A DNA stretch of 64,000 nucleotides from Oikopleura dioica (taxonomy: Eukaryota > Animalia > Chordata): positions 2,108,001 through 2,172,000 of the forward strand of contig OU015569.1 of assembly GCA_907165135.1 (NCBI GenBank). The letters are read 5' to 3'. A program made the position numbers and the translations under genes. Below, piece by piece: positions 1-13,054 of the stretch (the stretch's first letter is position 1; every line of letters starts with the position of its first letter). Under the pieces are notes generated by a model that saw only the letters and a program-made list of their open reading frames with translations, had not been told where the DNA came from and did no database searches.

Positions 1-190
1 TTACTCTCCGTTTTTCTCAATGAATGAAAGTCCCTGAGAATTGGTCAGTTTTGAAAATATTAGAGTGATAAATTTCAACTGAAAATTTTCTCTGGTTTAT
101 GAAAAACTCGGAGCGTTTCTCACAAAAAAGACGCGATTTTTAATCACAAGGTAAAACTTCAAAGGTCATCTAGTAGCTACCAATTTTGCC

Positions 191-3100
191 TTACCGTTTA
201 GCGTGGAAAGAGCGTCGTTGTTGAGATCGATTAGGAAGAAGGGACTTTCTCTCGTAAGTGGTGTCAGAATGAACTGATTCTGGTGGAGTGGAAATCAATC
301 GCCGGAGAGGACTCTTCTTTTCGCGCAGAATACCTTGATTTGGCCGAGGGAGGATAGAACAAGAGCTGTCTGATGAATTCTCCGCTTGGATGGCGATTTT
401 CTCTTCATGAACACTGAGAGATTTCGTCTTTGCCAGCCTAGCAGCAACTTTCGATGACCCGAGCCGTTTCCTCTCCATTTCTGAAAGAAAATATCAATTT
501 CAGCTCAATGCCCTGTTCAGAGCGGTGTGGGGAGATCTCATTCGTGTATAATAAAAAGAATGATTGACCAATCTAGCCAAGTTCAAAGATAAACTAAACT
601 CACCAGGATCGCCAGTCGGACTACGAGGATTCGTCGAGCCGCTGGAGCAAGAAATTTCATCCGTAAGAACATCCTCATCTGGAGAAGAGAAGTCATCCGG
701 GTCCCATCTGAAAAGTCGGATTAGTTGAAAATTATCAAATTAGATTTTCTCTGACCCTAGAATTGAGAGAGAGAGGCGGTGTATCTTGATGTCCGATTTA
801 GAGAGTCTCTTTGAAAGCCGTCCCCGTTTGAATGGGGACTGGGCAGTAAAGCACTTGAAAAGCATAGACAAAATTGTGTTCTGTCTTGTATCGGTTGGTT
901 ATTTTTTGTGAATGAGCTTGTGAATGAAGGAAAAAAATATAGCTGCCGAAGACCAAGCAGGGTGGCCCGGTGATAACGCTACTAAAAGACAGCGGGAAAA
1001 AGAGAAGTCTGACGTATTCCTCCTCTCGTATCGTTACTTCAAAGGAGTGAAAAATCCCTTGATTCTTGTATTAGTGTCTCGTTTTTATTAATAAATATGG
1101 GATAAATCTTAGCTCGTACCTGTAATATTTCGCCCATTTGATAGTGTTCTCTAAGTGAAGCTGTGCTCCAGAGAAACTGATTCTAATACCTAGCGTGCTC
1201 ATGCTTCTAACATTTGCAAGTTCTCTTTGAAATTATAAAAGTGGCTGATCGGCGAGCGATCTGACTCGCCGCTGAGCGTCAAAACTAGGCTCAGTCTGGA
1301 CTTGAACATGCCAAAAACTGTCCACAGAATAGCTTAATTTCCTTTCCTCTGACCGCACTGGAAAATGCGGCTTTAAATCTCAATTAGCGCCTACCCGCAG
1401 GAATATGCTAAGACTGATATTGAATCCTTAAATCAACGTAGTAATTTGACATAAAACTGAAACCTTTGGCAAAGAAGCAAGGCAAAATTCAGCATTTTCT
1501 CTGCTTTTCATTTGGAAGCAAATAATTCCAAATCAATGATGAGTTGGAGCTAAGTTGGAAACCAGCGCTTTTAGTGGTTACATCAGAGTCTCTCTCTTGT
1601 CAATATTTTATTTCTTTTCTTGAACCGCCTCTTTGCTCAATACTCAATAAATGCTTACCTTTCGAGTCGCTGGAGTAGATCACTACGTTCCATCGCCCGT
1701 CGGACAGCACTCAACGCCGGATCGTCTACTTGGACATCATCTAAGTCCATTTCCCCGCTTTCAGAAATTCGAGGAGTCGTGTACGAACAAAACAGTGAGT
1801 TTGGTCGAGGTCTTGGACGCGCTCTCGGTGATCGCGTTTGAACATCTTTTAATGCTTCGTACGATTTCGTTCTAGCGATATTCGATTGAAAAGATTCCAC
1901 CATCAGAGAAATCTGTGATGCAGTATCGGAAGCTGTAGGCGAAGTTGCAGACTTGAAACAATCATCGTCATCATCGTCGTTGAGGTACTCGTTGTTGTCT
2001 CCATTTTTGACCGGGGACTCTTTGATAAAAGACTTCGTATCGGATAAGCATGACGATGCAGATGTGTCTGGGCGGTCGGAGCCCTCCTCTATCGTTTCTT
2101 TGGAGATTTCTTTGACGGAGAGATTCAAGTCGATTTCTTCGTCGACGACCATTTCGTCACCGACGAGGTCGATGATGCTAATTTTTGACGACATTGACGG
2201 ATTTCGAGCCATATTAGACGCTATTGAACTTGACGTGCTGGGCTTTCGTTCTTTTTGTACAAGAACAAGGCTCTTTGGGCGAGCTCTTGTTGTAGAATCT
2301 TCGGAGAGGACAGAATTTTTGGGTGGAAGATCTGGGGGAGTTTCATTAGATGGCGACTCGATATCGATCAGTGCAGGATTAACTTGAGGATCTTCTTGGT
2401 CAACTTCTGGCACATTTCGCTTGATTTTAGGGTTACTCGCTGGAAATTGCGACGATAATTTTTAGGCACTTTTGGCGAGAATAAATTTCCAATTGACCGG
2501 CGCTCCGTTCCCGTTTGCGTTTGCTCTTTTTCAGTAGCGACTGGTTTTTCAGGCTTGATGTCGAGCTGTGGTTTCGAAACTTTCATTTGCTTCCGTCCAA
2601 ATTTAGGCGACATTTGTGAAAGCTTCGAGAAAGTCGAAGCGATTTTTGACTTTCCATCTCCCTTTGAAGGAGCAGTTTTAGGACTTGTAGGAAGGTTCTT
2701 TGTAGGTGGTTCAGGAGATTTATCGCTTGTAGATGTGCTTCTTTGAGGTAATGGCGGCGGCTCGACTTTCTTCGTCGCCGTTTCTTGAGGTCGCGCATCA
2801 GATTCTTTCAGAGTTTTCGGTTTCCTTAGATTGGACGGCCTGGTTGAGCTCGATTGCGAAAGTCTTCGTACGATTTGCTGGGAGGAAGTTGATGCTGGGG
2901 CAGGTGCAGCTGGGGCTACCCTACTCTCTGATTTGGAGGCGGAGACGTAAGGCAGTCGGGTCCCATGGGGCACTTCGGAGGCAGCTTTGGCAGTTGGGCT
3001 TTTGATTCCTGTTTTGAAAGTTGGTGGCCTAATACGCGATGAAGACATAGAAGAGGACTCGGTTGATAATCTTGAAGAAGTCGTCATCATTTCTGTTGTC

Positions 3101-4183
3101 TCCTTCTTCATTCTTGTTGATTTCAGGGGGAGGGAGGTAGGTTTTTGGATTTGACTTGTGCGAGCAGTTTGTTTTGCAGGCGTTTGCTTTTCAGGCAACT
3201 TGGGTGGCACTGGTTCAGCAGGGTCTACTGATAACTTTGAAGTTGTGCGCTGCGGCGGAGCTGGCGCGGTCTTTGGGCGGACCAGCCCCTTTGTTGACTT
3301 TGTCAGTTTTGAGGGAGTAGAGCAAGTCGAACTTTTACTCGTACCGACTGCAGATCGTCTCGGTGGTTTAGATGCATTTGTCGATGCTACCGAGGATGCG
3401 CGGGATGAGTTGGAGGCAGATCGCGGTCTCGGAGGCTTCTTTTCTATTTTCTCTCGCATCTCCGGCTCTAAAAAGATGATAAAAAACGAATGCAAAAAAT
3501 AAGGAATCTACCTAAGTTAAAGCGTACTCTACTCATTTGAGGGAATATTGCGATTCCAAGTTCAATTACGCGTCCATAATTTTAATCTATGGCGCACTAG
3601 GGAATTCCTACTCGATGATTACTCGTCATTAAAAGTAGTTCACCGCAAAATGGAGTCCAGTGGATTCTCTACGAATACAAATATGGTATCTGTAAATCAT
3701 TGCCTCCTTTTTCGGCGGGGTTTAACATGTTCTCAGATCTTCTGAGACATTAAAGATTTACGGATACTATCTGAGCAATTATTGATCTCAATCATGAGGC
3801 CAATGGTCGTGTGCCTAACTACGAGCCCTGCCCTCTAACGTAAATGAGATGTTGGGTTCATAGGCGGGAGGAATTAGACAAAACCAGCCACTTATCCGTA
3901 TCGATTTAACTCGACCAACATCTGGCCTTCCAAAACTCTCCTGATAACTAACTGATCCTCCAGTAAGATCGTGACAGAAGCTGACCACCCAGTCAAGCTT
4001 ATTCGAGCGATAATATGGATGGAACTTACCGCTGGGAGTTGTCGGTGTCTTGCTCGGTCGCTGGAAGCCAAAGCCGGACTTTGGATTAGCCTTTGGCTGC
4101 CCAACTTTGGATTCGCTAGCTGCACCTCTGTCGGGAGTACTTTTTACGGCACTGGGGAGATTTCGCTTTGGTAGTCGACTCAT
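191..4183 (-). CDS. Multi-exon gene for a large Ser/Thr/Pro/Lys-rich, probably disordered protein of unknown family
   Basis: ATG at 4183 (MSRLPKRN) follows a tttag acceptor. The first exon ends at a GTAAG donor near 4029. A long exon pair (ORFs 2368-3495 and 1655-2413) can be joined by a 50-nt GA-AG intron at 2440-2489, and there is a GTAAG donor at 1658. A small exon at 604-707 (WDPDDFSSPDED, GTGAG donor) precedes the last exon at 191-480, which follows a tttctttcag acceptor. Exons between 708 and 1650 are unresolved. Confidence 0.6.
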
Positions 4184-7032
4184 CGTCCTAAATAGCATTT
4201 GTTATGACAAGATCTTGAGTTATTAATCAATTTCCAAAACATGAGCACTTGAACGCATATTCTGCCACTGGAGTGTTTTGGCAAGCGCTCAAATCTAGTA
4301 CCGGGCAGCGACTCACGAGGAATACTCGAACATGGAAATGCCGCTGCTCAACAAAGAGAAACATTTTCGTTGAATACTCAGAATTAACGAGTGAAATTGT
4401 GTCAATTGTTGAAATTATATTTGAAAATAGACTTTAATATGTAATACTCACGCATCAATCTCTCCTAGAATAAGATCTACTTCAATAAAAAACTGTTCGT
4501 CTGCCAAGTTATCTCTCATCGCTTCAGAAATTCGAAAATCAGCGAAAAAAGCGAAGAGTGTTTTTTGAGTTTGCTCCCAACTGTGTGCCCAGATTTTGGG
4601 CTGTAATTAATCCCGCTTATAGCAGATCGATGCGGGAGTGTTTTCAATTCCATCCCGCTACAATATCCTTAATCAGCTGGAGCTGCTCGCCTTGAAAGGC
4701 TCGAGCGCTTTGGGCACACAGGCCACGCTCGCATGGGCTCATTCGAGTCCCTTGGGAAGACCTTCAAGGGATTCCTAAATGTCAGGACCGACGGGTCGCA
4801 TTGAATTTCGAGATTAATTTTTAATGCGCTCAATACCGAAAAATCGTATGCACGCTACGGTACTGGAAAGTCTTTTTAGTTTTTTACTTACAGTGATTTT
4901 CTGCTTGTTGGTATCTGTGGCGGTTTTATTTTTGTGATCGCTTGTTCTTTTCGTGTCTCTCGTGGCTAAATGAACCAAAATTAGATGTCAGCTTTGCCCC
5001 TGTGTGCCCGATAGGAAGATAGCCTCTTCCTTGATCTCATTGAAAAATAAAAATATTTTGGGCCCTTATCGCGGTGTCGTACTCGAGTCATAGCTGGTCC
5101 AGAGTTATCCAGAGTGGCCGACATTGCCTTCGTCAAAAGATCACAGTCCGTGAAACAACTACCTTTTGTCCCCAAGTGTGTTTGCGTTCGTGTACATATC
5201 CGGCCGCTCAACTAGAATGAGCACTTTCAATTACTTTATTTACCAGAACTCAAGTACTCTTCACAATTAAAGACAAGCTCCAACTACCGGCACGGTCACT
5301 GTTTGATGACTGTATATTTTTCACATACAATTTTTCTAAGTAAAAGTAAACCACTCTTTTATGTTAATAAACGGAAGTTAATTGTATTACCAAGAAAAGA
5401 TTCATTTTCTCGAGTGGCCACTTGTGCAAGAAAGCGTTGAAATTAGGGTTTAGCGAGGGTGAGCACCTGGAGAAAACGCTAGAATAGGAGCGAATGGAAC
5501 GTCCGAAGGTACTTGTGATCAACCAGGTCGAATTACAATGAGTGACTTCCGGCTGCGCGAGTGTAATCATGAGAATAAATTTAGAAATAAATGACTTTTA
5601 CAAAGAATCAAAATATCGAATAGCGGATGCTCTTTGTCAAAAGCATTTATCAGAATCGAGAATTGGAAAATTCCGAAATTCCTTGTTTGGCATTTCTTGG
5701 ACTAGGCGTGAGATTATCGTGCTGAGGCCTTTATCAACTGACCGCAATTGATGTGAGCTCGACCGCGAGAATGGGCGCAGGTTGGCTGCGTTCCTACTTT
5801 TTGCTCACTTTTGAAGAAATTTTAGGATTTCACGCGCCGTCGCGGTGAATTCGCCAAGGCAGTGCTCTTTGATGGTCCTGACTGGGATCACTTCTATCCG
5901 TTTCCGGATTATCCCGCGCAAAGAAAATAATAGGCAGAGGCGAAGGTAAGAACCATGAAAGAGCCGAAAAAGACTCTTGAGATCGAGGAAAAAATGACCA
6001 GGGCGAAAAACTCTCTGGAAATAATCAACTAGTTCTAACCTGTTGCTCAGTTCGAGGCTTCGCATTCTCTTTTTCTTCTTTGTATCGGGATAGGTTGTAG
6101 CAAAAAGCGAGGACTGCGTCTAAGTCACCGTCCAAAATTCCTAAATTTTCATTTTGAATATTCTCCGATCCCTTTATTTTCCTGCCTTCGAGTCCATCTG
6201 TTCGACATTGGATTTTTGAATATTTTAACACATTTTTGGAGACTCTTGTAGGGCCCTTATAAGGAAAATTATCGATTCGCGTGAAAAAAAAAACCGGACA
6301 GATTGGGCCCGGAAGAAATTCGCTGCGTTGAAATAGGTCAATAGCCGAAATTTTGATAGCAAATGAAGCTAATTTAGTATCGACGCGGCTCAGAGCGCAA
6401 CACATGGCGTCTTTGATCCCTCTAAGCGAGGCAGACGGCTTCTCAAAATGAGAAATTGCATAGAGGGTTTTTAGTTATTCTCGAGTACTTCGTTCTGTCA
6501 CGACCGTAAAACCTACTTTCTTTATTTGCTGGTGGTAAATAGAAAGCGTTCAAGATTTTCAATTTCGTCCAGTTAATCGCAATGAATTGAGTTTCAAAAA
6601 AAAAGTTGACAGGTATGGGCTTGTGTTTTGATCTAAGCGAGCAGGATGATCTCGGCTCTGTTGCTTCTCGCCAGCTGAGTTTTTAGTAAATTGGAAAACT
6701 CTGAGAGCGCACGGCAGCTGACTCGTCTAGATTATCCCGCACCGCCGAACATGAAAACGAGAAATCCCCATTCTGTGCCAAAAAAATAGCAACACTCCGT
6801 ACGCCGACTTTCCTTATCCAATAAAACACCTAAAATATGGAAATCAAATCTCCACCGTCTTAGGTTTTCTATTTTGGCTTCGGATCAAACGGAGGAAAAT
6901 GAATTCCCAGTACTCCATGATTACGGCTTTGCTTCTAGGGCGAGTTAAAGGGTGTGGTTCCTCATGGAATGTCAATTAGAGGCGCGAAAGAAATAGTTTT
7001 GCCTTCTTTGAAATCAACCTTCTTGAGCTAAT

Positions 7033-7617
7033 GGCCAATTTCAATAAGGAGTTGAGATTCGAAATCCTAGCACCCCCCTTTCTTGTGCTCATTAGAAAGA
7101 GCGCAAAAAGTTACGCTAGAAAATAGTACTTTTAGAGGATGAATCCCCGAAAATGACGTCACGATGACTCATTGAAGTTCCAAAAGTCCAAAACTTTGCC
7201 ACGCTCTCATTTTTTTTCTAGAAATGGAAAATTTGAGTTCGATACAGGAAAATGATCGTCTTGAGCCACTCTACCTGAAGAGCTACATATAAAAGATCCA
7301 ACTCAAGAAAACTCTAGAACTAAAACTAGAAAATTTTTTTTTCTAGAGGTGGATCTTTCAAATGTAGCTCTTCAGGTAGAGTGGCTCAAGACGATCATTT
7401 TCCTGTATCGAACTCAAATTTTCCATTTCTAGAAAAAAAATGAGAGCGTGGCAAAGTTTTGGACTTTTGGAACTTCAATGAGTCATCGTGACGTCATTTT
7501 CGGGGATTCATCCTCTAAAAGTACTATTTTCTAGCGTAACTTTTTGCGCTCTTTCTAATGAGCACAAGAAAGGGGGGTGCTAGGATTTCGAATCTCAACT
7601 CCTTATTGAAATTGGCC
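7033..7617. mobile_element. 585-bp foldback/MITE with 256-bp perfect inverted arms and AAT target-site duplication
   Basis: 7033-7288 is the reverse complement of 7362-7617, checked block by block. Termini are GGCC...GGCC, with AAT at 7030-7032 and 7618-7620. There is no coding capacity. Confidence 0.92.
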
Positions 7618-10600
7618 AATCCAAACCCTTCAAATTTGGGATTTTCCCATCTGGATAAAAATGGTTTCTATTTTATTAAAATTGTAAACGCACGAAGATA
7701 AAAATAGCTTAGCATTAGGTTGCTGCTTGAGAAGTTCCCAAAGTCCCTTGTGGAAATACAAACTAACCTTGTTGACCTTTCAACTTCCCATGCACGTCTC
7801 TAATAATAGAATCTTCTTTTCTTTAGGCTCTTATTATTGTTTTACCCTGTTGTGGTCAAAACGGGGGGGTTGTTTAGGCGAAAGTTTGTTTCAAAATTTT
7901 CGAAAAGGCGCCATGTTCGAACTTACTCTGCAAAAAAGGACGGTGCGCGTAGAGGGCGCTGCTGCGTCCGAGTAACCCGACGATGACTCATTCCTCCACC
8001 GCCGCCAGTCACCATGACGGGCTGCACTACTACGAGCATGCTCATCACTCGTGTCAACCCTTTTTCTTACTCATTGTGGATGATTCTAGTAGGCTAATCA
8101 TTCAGTTCATGCAAAGAATTAGTTTACATATTCTTACATAAAAAGAATCATAATCTCAGAATTATTAAATTGAGTGCATTTTGATCGGCAGTGATTTTCG
8201 AGACAGCTCAGACTGATCATTCAAGAATCCCCGTTCGCGCTGCTGATTTACGAGGCCTCGAAAAGGTGGAATGTGCTTGTTAAATATTCCGATTTTTGGA
8301 GGGACTCGTCGGACAGCGCCGAACAAGAACAAAAACATTTGGGCAATACATTAATCATCAGATGCATTAATAGACACCCCGCTGTCTGCCAGAATCAATA
8401 CTGATTAGCAGTAATTAAGTAATCCTTAGTAGAAAATGAAATATTCAAGTGATTTGTGGTCCGATGCACGGACAACAAAGCTCTTAGCCATATTTGTACG
8501 GATAGGTGTCTACAGCTTTGCCGAAGCGCATTTTATGCACTGAGGCGGATTTGACAGAGTCATCTGGTGGCACTTGGTGCTCGAAAATGCGCGCCACCAG
8601 TGGTATCAGACAATGTCACCTGCTGCGAGGAGCGATAAATAAAGTCAAACCGACCGGTGCCTGGCCCCTGGCCAATAAGAGCACTCTTCAGCCCTTTATT
8701 CAAGAAGTGGATTATAACATGAAACAGCGACTCTGTTCACTAAATGGCAAGCCACTTAGATCCTTCGATTTTGCTCTTGAAAGTCGTGGGATATTTTCTA
8801 AGCGGTAGATCTACGCGGTTTCAAAGCTCCCCCAAATGGAATTATTTATTCATTTCTAAGCGGTCTAATTTGAATGTTCTGTGATTTGCGGATGGGATAT
8901 ATGATTCTTTCATTCGCTAATTAGGATCTTCCATCATCATAGTTGTCATTGATTATTGTTAGAACACGCGCGAGGCTTGATAAACGACTTAGGAAGTGCC
9001 CAGTTGGCACGGGTCTTTCAATACCAAATAAGCACCCACAAAGTTGAATAAATACCCCGATCCAGTGAAAACTTGAGGGACTCTGAGCGATGATTATCCG
9101 GATATAACATTGATTCAATAATTTGCATACCGTTTGGTGAGCAGTCAGCAAGGTCGCATCCGCGCTCGCTCAGCTGTTTCAAAACTGCGCGCACGTGATC
9201 CTCCGATGTTTCGTCGAGTTTACGGCGCGGTCGCTCCCCAGCTGATTCAAGGTTAGCGTGTGCATAAAATGCAAAAAAAGGAACCCGGAGAAAGTTAGTT
9301 TCGACCTACTTGTCAAATAGACGAGCTCGTCTAAGATGTCTAAATTGGAGAGGTCCACTCTTATGTCAGAGACGCGTCCAGACAGCTGTTCTTGAGCCCA
9401 GCTCGTGTAAATCTTAATAAAATCCGTCATCGGAGGAAAATGTATTTGTCCAGTGATCGCACACTGCCTTCTCTCTGTTGGACGAAACTTGTCCGTAAAC
9501 AATGAGCAAGGGATGATGGATCAGAGGAGCCGACTCATTCAAATATTTGTCGGAAGAAGAGGGAGGGATCAGCCTTAGACCACCCCCTACCGCAAGATCG
9601 ATTGCAGTTTCACCACAGGATCCGCCTTACTGTAAAAACTTGTGACCCCATGTGGGCCCATTTTAAACCTTTTTTATAGCCCGACATTTTCACAAGTAGT
9701 TTGATTTTAGTCTTGCGGGAAATTTACCTGTAGCATTCTCATGTTGTTCCTCTGTAGCATAAACTTCATTATCTTCTGTCTTCTCTCCCGTTCGCCATAA
9801 TCTCTAACTAAAAACAAGTGTTTTGTCGCTGTCCATGCTGAAAATGGGGAAAATAGCAAAGTGCATGTGTATCATGTCACGTGTTAGCTTTTGTTGCATA
9901 TTAGTGTGTTGATGCCAAGGATCGAATATTTAAATTTGGTTATTGCCAATAACTAACTGTTTAGGATGACCTTTGGGAAGCGCAAGTAAAGAAAAATTGG
10001 GCAAAGCAGGGGCCTTAGGGGAGGAAGAAAATCAAATTTCGTCCTTGGCTCGTGCTCGGATCACAAGCGCCGAGCATCTGGCGGATAAGCCCACTTTAGT
10101 TTTGATTATCTTTAACTTCAGATTCTGAGCTCTGCTCACAGGTGCGCATCTTTGACTCGCTGCAATTGTCTTCTGACAAGGCCGCGATCGTCAGGAGACA
10201 GCTCATTACAATCACTGCAATAAAATGCACCAGCTAAACCTATTAAATCTTGCAACGAAGATCAACAAAACCCAACTCCTTTCAAGCGTTGAAAGCTCTG
10301 AAATGAGCATCTTCTCCCTGGATATTCTGTGACTTACCAAGTCCGAGAAACAGTCGCTATTTTCAAATTTCTTCGGGCTAATTATTCTTCTGGCATATCT
10401 CTATTTTACTTCCGGTATCTCTCATTCAAAAGTCGCTTATCAGTTTGGATCTTTTCGTATTCCGGGAAGCGAAAAAGTAAAGTCGACAGTGGCACAGTCG
10501 TGTTTTCCCGCGACGTGAGCGCCACCCGCGCGCACTCCGAAAAGGGTTTAGCAGCGCTTTTCACAATTTCTGGAGCGTTTTTGAACCCTCCTTTTGTGTG

Positions 10601-12223
10601 CCCTGCTTTGCCGGGGAAAGACTTATTAGTTTGAGACTATAAACCTTTTTATTATATATAGGCTGTCCGATTTACGAGTTCGCGCGGGGAGTCAATGCTA
10701 TTTCAATGAGCGGAGTATGACTAGGTCTTAGCCCGAGGTCACTTGTCCACTGGAGAGCTTGAGCTCGAGCACACAATCATCAGATCGGATCGTTCAAGCA
10801 CTCGATGCTTTATAGAGCTGAAAAGGGATGATAACAATCACCGTGCATAGTAATATTCGTAACACGTGGCTTGTACCATTCAGAATGGAGCTATTCTTAC
10901 AACAACTTGAAAGAAGTGAAAAACTGTCAATCAAGAAGGCCTCAGAATTCGACGAGAGTGGATAAATATTGAGTCGCTTAATTAGAGCCTCGATTTACGA
11001 TATTGCTTTGCTGGGGCTAGTTTCGAGCGTCTGATTTATAATCGCGATGGCTAAGTGCCACATATAAAGGTCAAGCGAGGTGGGTTTCGTCTGAAATGGC
11101 AAATTTGTCCCTTTGAGGTGAGTTTACGGCCTGCTACGATCATATTGGTGGGGAACTTTTATCACCTCAACATTTATCAATGGGAAGCACAACTGTCAAG
11201 CAGTTTCGTTTTTGTCGAAAAGATCAAATTTTCACTTTCACAAAATCATCCGCAATAAAAGCCCATTTAAAATTATAAAAGCATCGAGAAGATGAGCTAA
11301 AATGACACTTATTCATGAGCTTCTATTCTCATTTTCAGATTTGGCTTTGAAGTGATCAGGGAATGATTAAACAGGGCTGCAAGAGTTTCGCACGAGCAGT
11401 CGCGCGTTTCCAATCAATCAATGTCATTTTACGCGTGCACCGTAAATGTCGAGCCAGGAAGTTGCGTAAAAGAATAAAGCTTGGGACCCGAATGAACATG
11501 TCAAACTCAGCAAAAAGCGTCCCTTCGTAAGTGCCCCGGTTTTTCAAGCTCGAGTGATTGAAAATAACAGAATTACGAAAAACGGTTTGTACCTGAGCTA
11601 GCTTCGTACGGGTTCCAATCGTAAACGACCTCTTTATTTTCCGAAAAACTCGCATTCAACATACTTGAAGCAGGAGAAATGTGTTCGTAGTAACGCTTAC
11701 ATAAAATTAACTAAAGAGGAGAGGATCTAATTGTAAGGTCCAGGGGCGATTTTAGGATAGTTGAGTGGCCCCATTATCTGCGAGTTTAGTCGATGAATCA
11801 ACACTGGAGTCAACGCCTTGACCCGCAATGGCGCCTGAAATTCAGCTTTCGTCTTTCCTTGTCCTCCACCTTCCTTGTTGAATTCGCATGAAATGATTTT
11901 CTTTCGATTCTTTTGTCTATCAGACTCCGGCTCAGTCTGGCTGTTAGCGTCAAGAGCGTTCTCGCGCCGTGTCGGACGGAGCGGGATCTTCTCGCAGGCA
12001 GGGATGTGCTTTTTGCCATTTTTTGGAGTGCGGTGCGAAGTGCGATTTTTTTCAAATTTTCATGCGCAGTGCGGCGCAGAGTGCGAAGAGCGGAAGATAA
12101 GGAAAATTGCGGAAAATTTTGCGAAAAAATTGCGATTTTCTCCGAGATTTCGAAAAAATGAGTAAAAGAGAGCTCTGAGAGCTTGAACTAAAAAACTTTT
12201 CTTGTCGCACTGCCTTCGACCCA

Positions 12224-12290
12224 CTGTGGCCCGGTCGTTAAATGAATCGGCCACATAGCAAGAGGCCCCGAGTTCGAATCCCAGGCTTCT
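12224..12290 (+). other. Degenerate tRNA-like sequence (tRNA pseudogene or tRNA-derived SINE head)
   Basis: A-box-like GTGGCCCGGTCGTTAA (about 12226-12241) and B-box GAGTTCGAATCC (about 12270-12281) at tRNA-like spacing. The T-stem has mismatches and no convincing acceptor or anticodon stems were found. Confidence 0.3.
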
Positions 12291-12469
12291 TCGCTATCTT
12301 GAGCTCGATGGGATTGACTCGGATGGGAAAGGGGGGCGAAAGGAGCACTGGACAATCAAATATCTGTGAAGGAGTCCCTCCCTTCTACTTCTAAAATTTA
12401 GAACTCTTATTTTGGAATTTTTGCGAACGACAAAATTTGCCAAATTTTCGCAAAAGTTCTCTTATTTCA

Positions 12470-12850
12470 GGTCCTCATATTTTGGAAAACCACTGTAGTT
12501 ATCCGAAGAAAAATACTATTATGATTTTTAGGTCGCCGAAATTCTTCAAAAAGGAACCACAACAAATCTCTCAACTCTTACCTTCATGCAAGGAGCTGAT
12601 CTTTCCCTATTTGGAATTGACGGTATTCGCGCAACCAGGGAAGATGCGGATACACTGGAGAAGATGGCTTCGAGCTTTCTATTCCGGCAGAATCAGTAGA
12701 AGAATTAACGCAGAAACTGATGGAGGATGGAGCGCTTTTGGCAGGACTTGGAGCGACGGATACATTGAGGTTGGAAGCTGGATTGTGTCTTTATGGGAAA
12801 GGGTTGAAAAGGGGGTGCGAGTCGCAGGTGCGGCGAATCTCCTTTTCTTA
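12470..12850 (+). pseudogene. AMT: Internal fragment of aminomethyltransferase (glycine cleavage T protein), frameshifted and truncated
   Basis: [35 protein letters not shown] is followed, after a 5-nt insertion near 12639-12643, by [15 protein letters not shown]...[20 protein letters not shown]. These match the GcvT motifs RCGYTGEDG and [18 protein letters not shown]. No N- or C-terminal GcvT exons are recognisable. Confidence 0.78.
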
Positions 12851-13054
12851 TTTGGAGATGAGCAAAGCGAGTCCACATTGTGGACTCCACAACATAAGAA
12901 ACGACGAGTCGTGTCAGAAGCGAACCGGGGAATTCGGCTGGAAAAAAACTTTTTCAAATCAAAATCAATGTATAAAAAGCCCTGTCCCACCAAGAAAGCT
13001 CACAAATATTTTTTTTATTATTTGGGAAGACGAGAAAACGAAGAGAATTCGTCG

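Noticed and set aside
4581-4721. 11-bp inverted repeat CTGTGTGCCCA / TGGGCACACAG, 141 bp apart end to end
   Set aside because: There is no target-site duplication and no extended arm similarity, so it is too weak to call a MITE.
4981-6405. Several 60-126 aa ORFs in the gene-poor region
   Set aside because: No recognisable motifs and no consistent splice chain could be built.
8470-9800. Possible minus-strand multi-exon gene (segments such as KADPVVKTAIDLAVGGG and DLSNLDILDELVYL)
   Set aside because: The segments look protein-like, but I could not join them in frame with credible splice sites or assign a family. This is unresolved rather than disproved.
11356-12254. Overlapping ORFs on both strands around a GC/AT-patchy region
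   Set aside because: There is no homology signal, and the ORFs are explained by low-complexity sequence.
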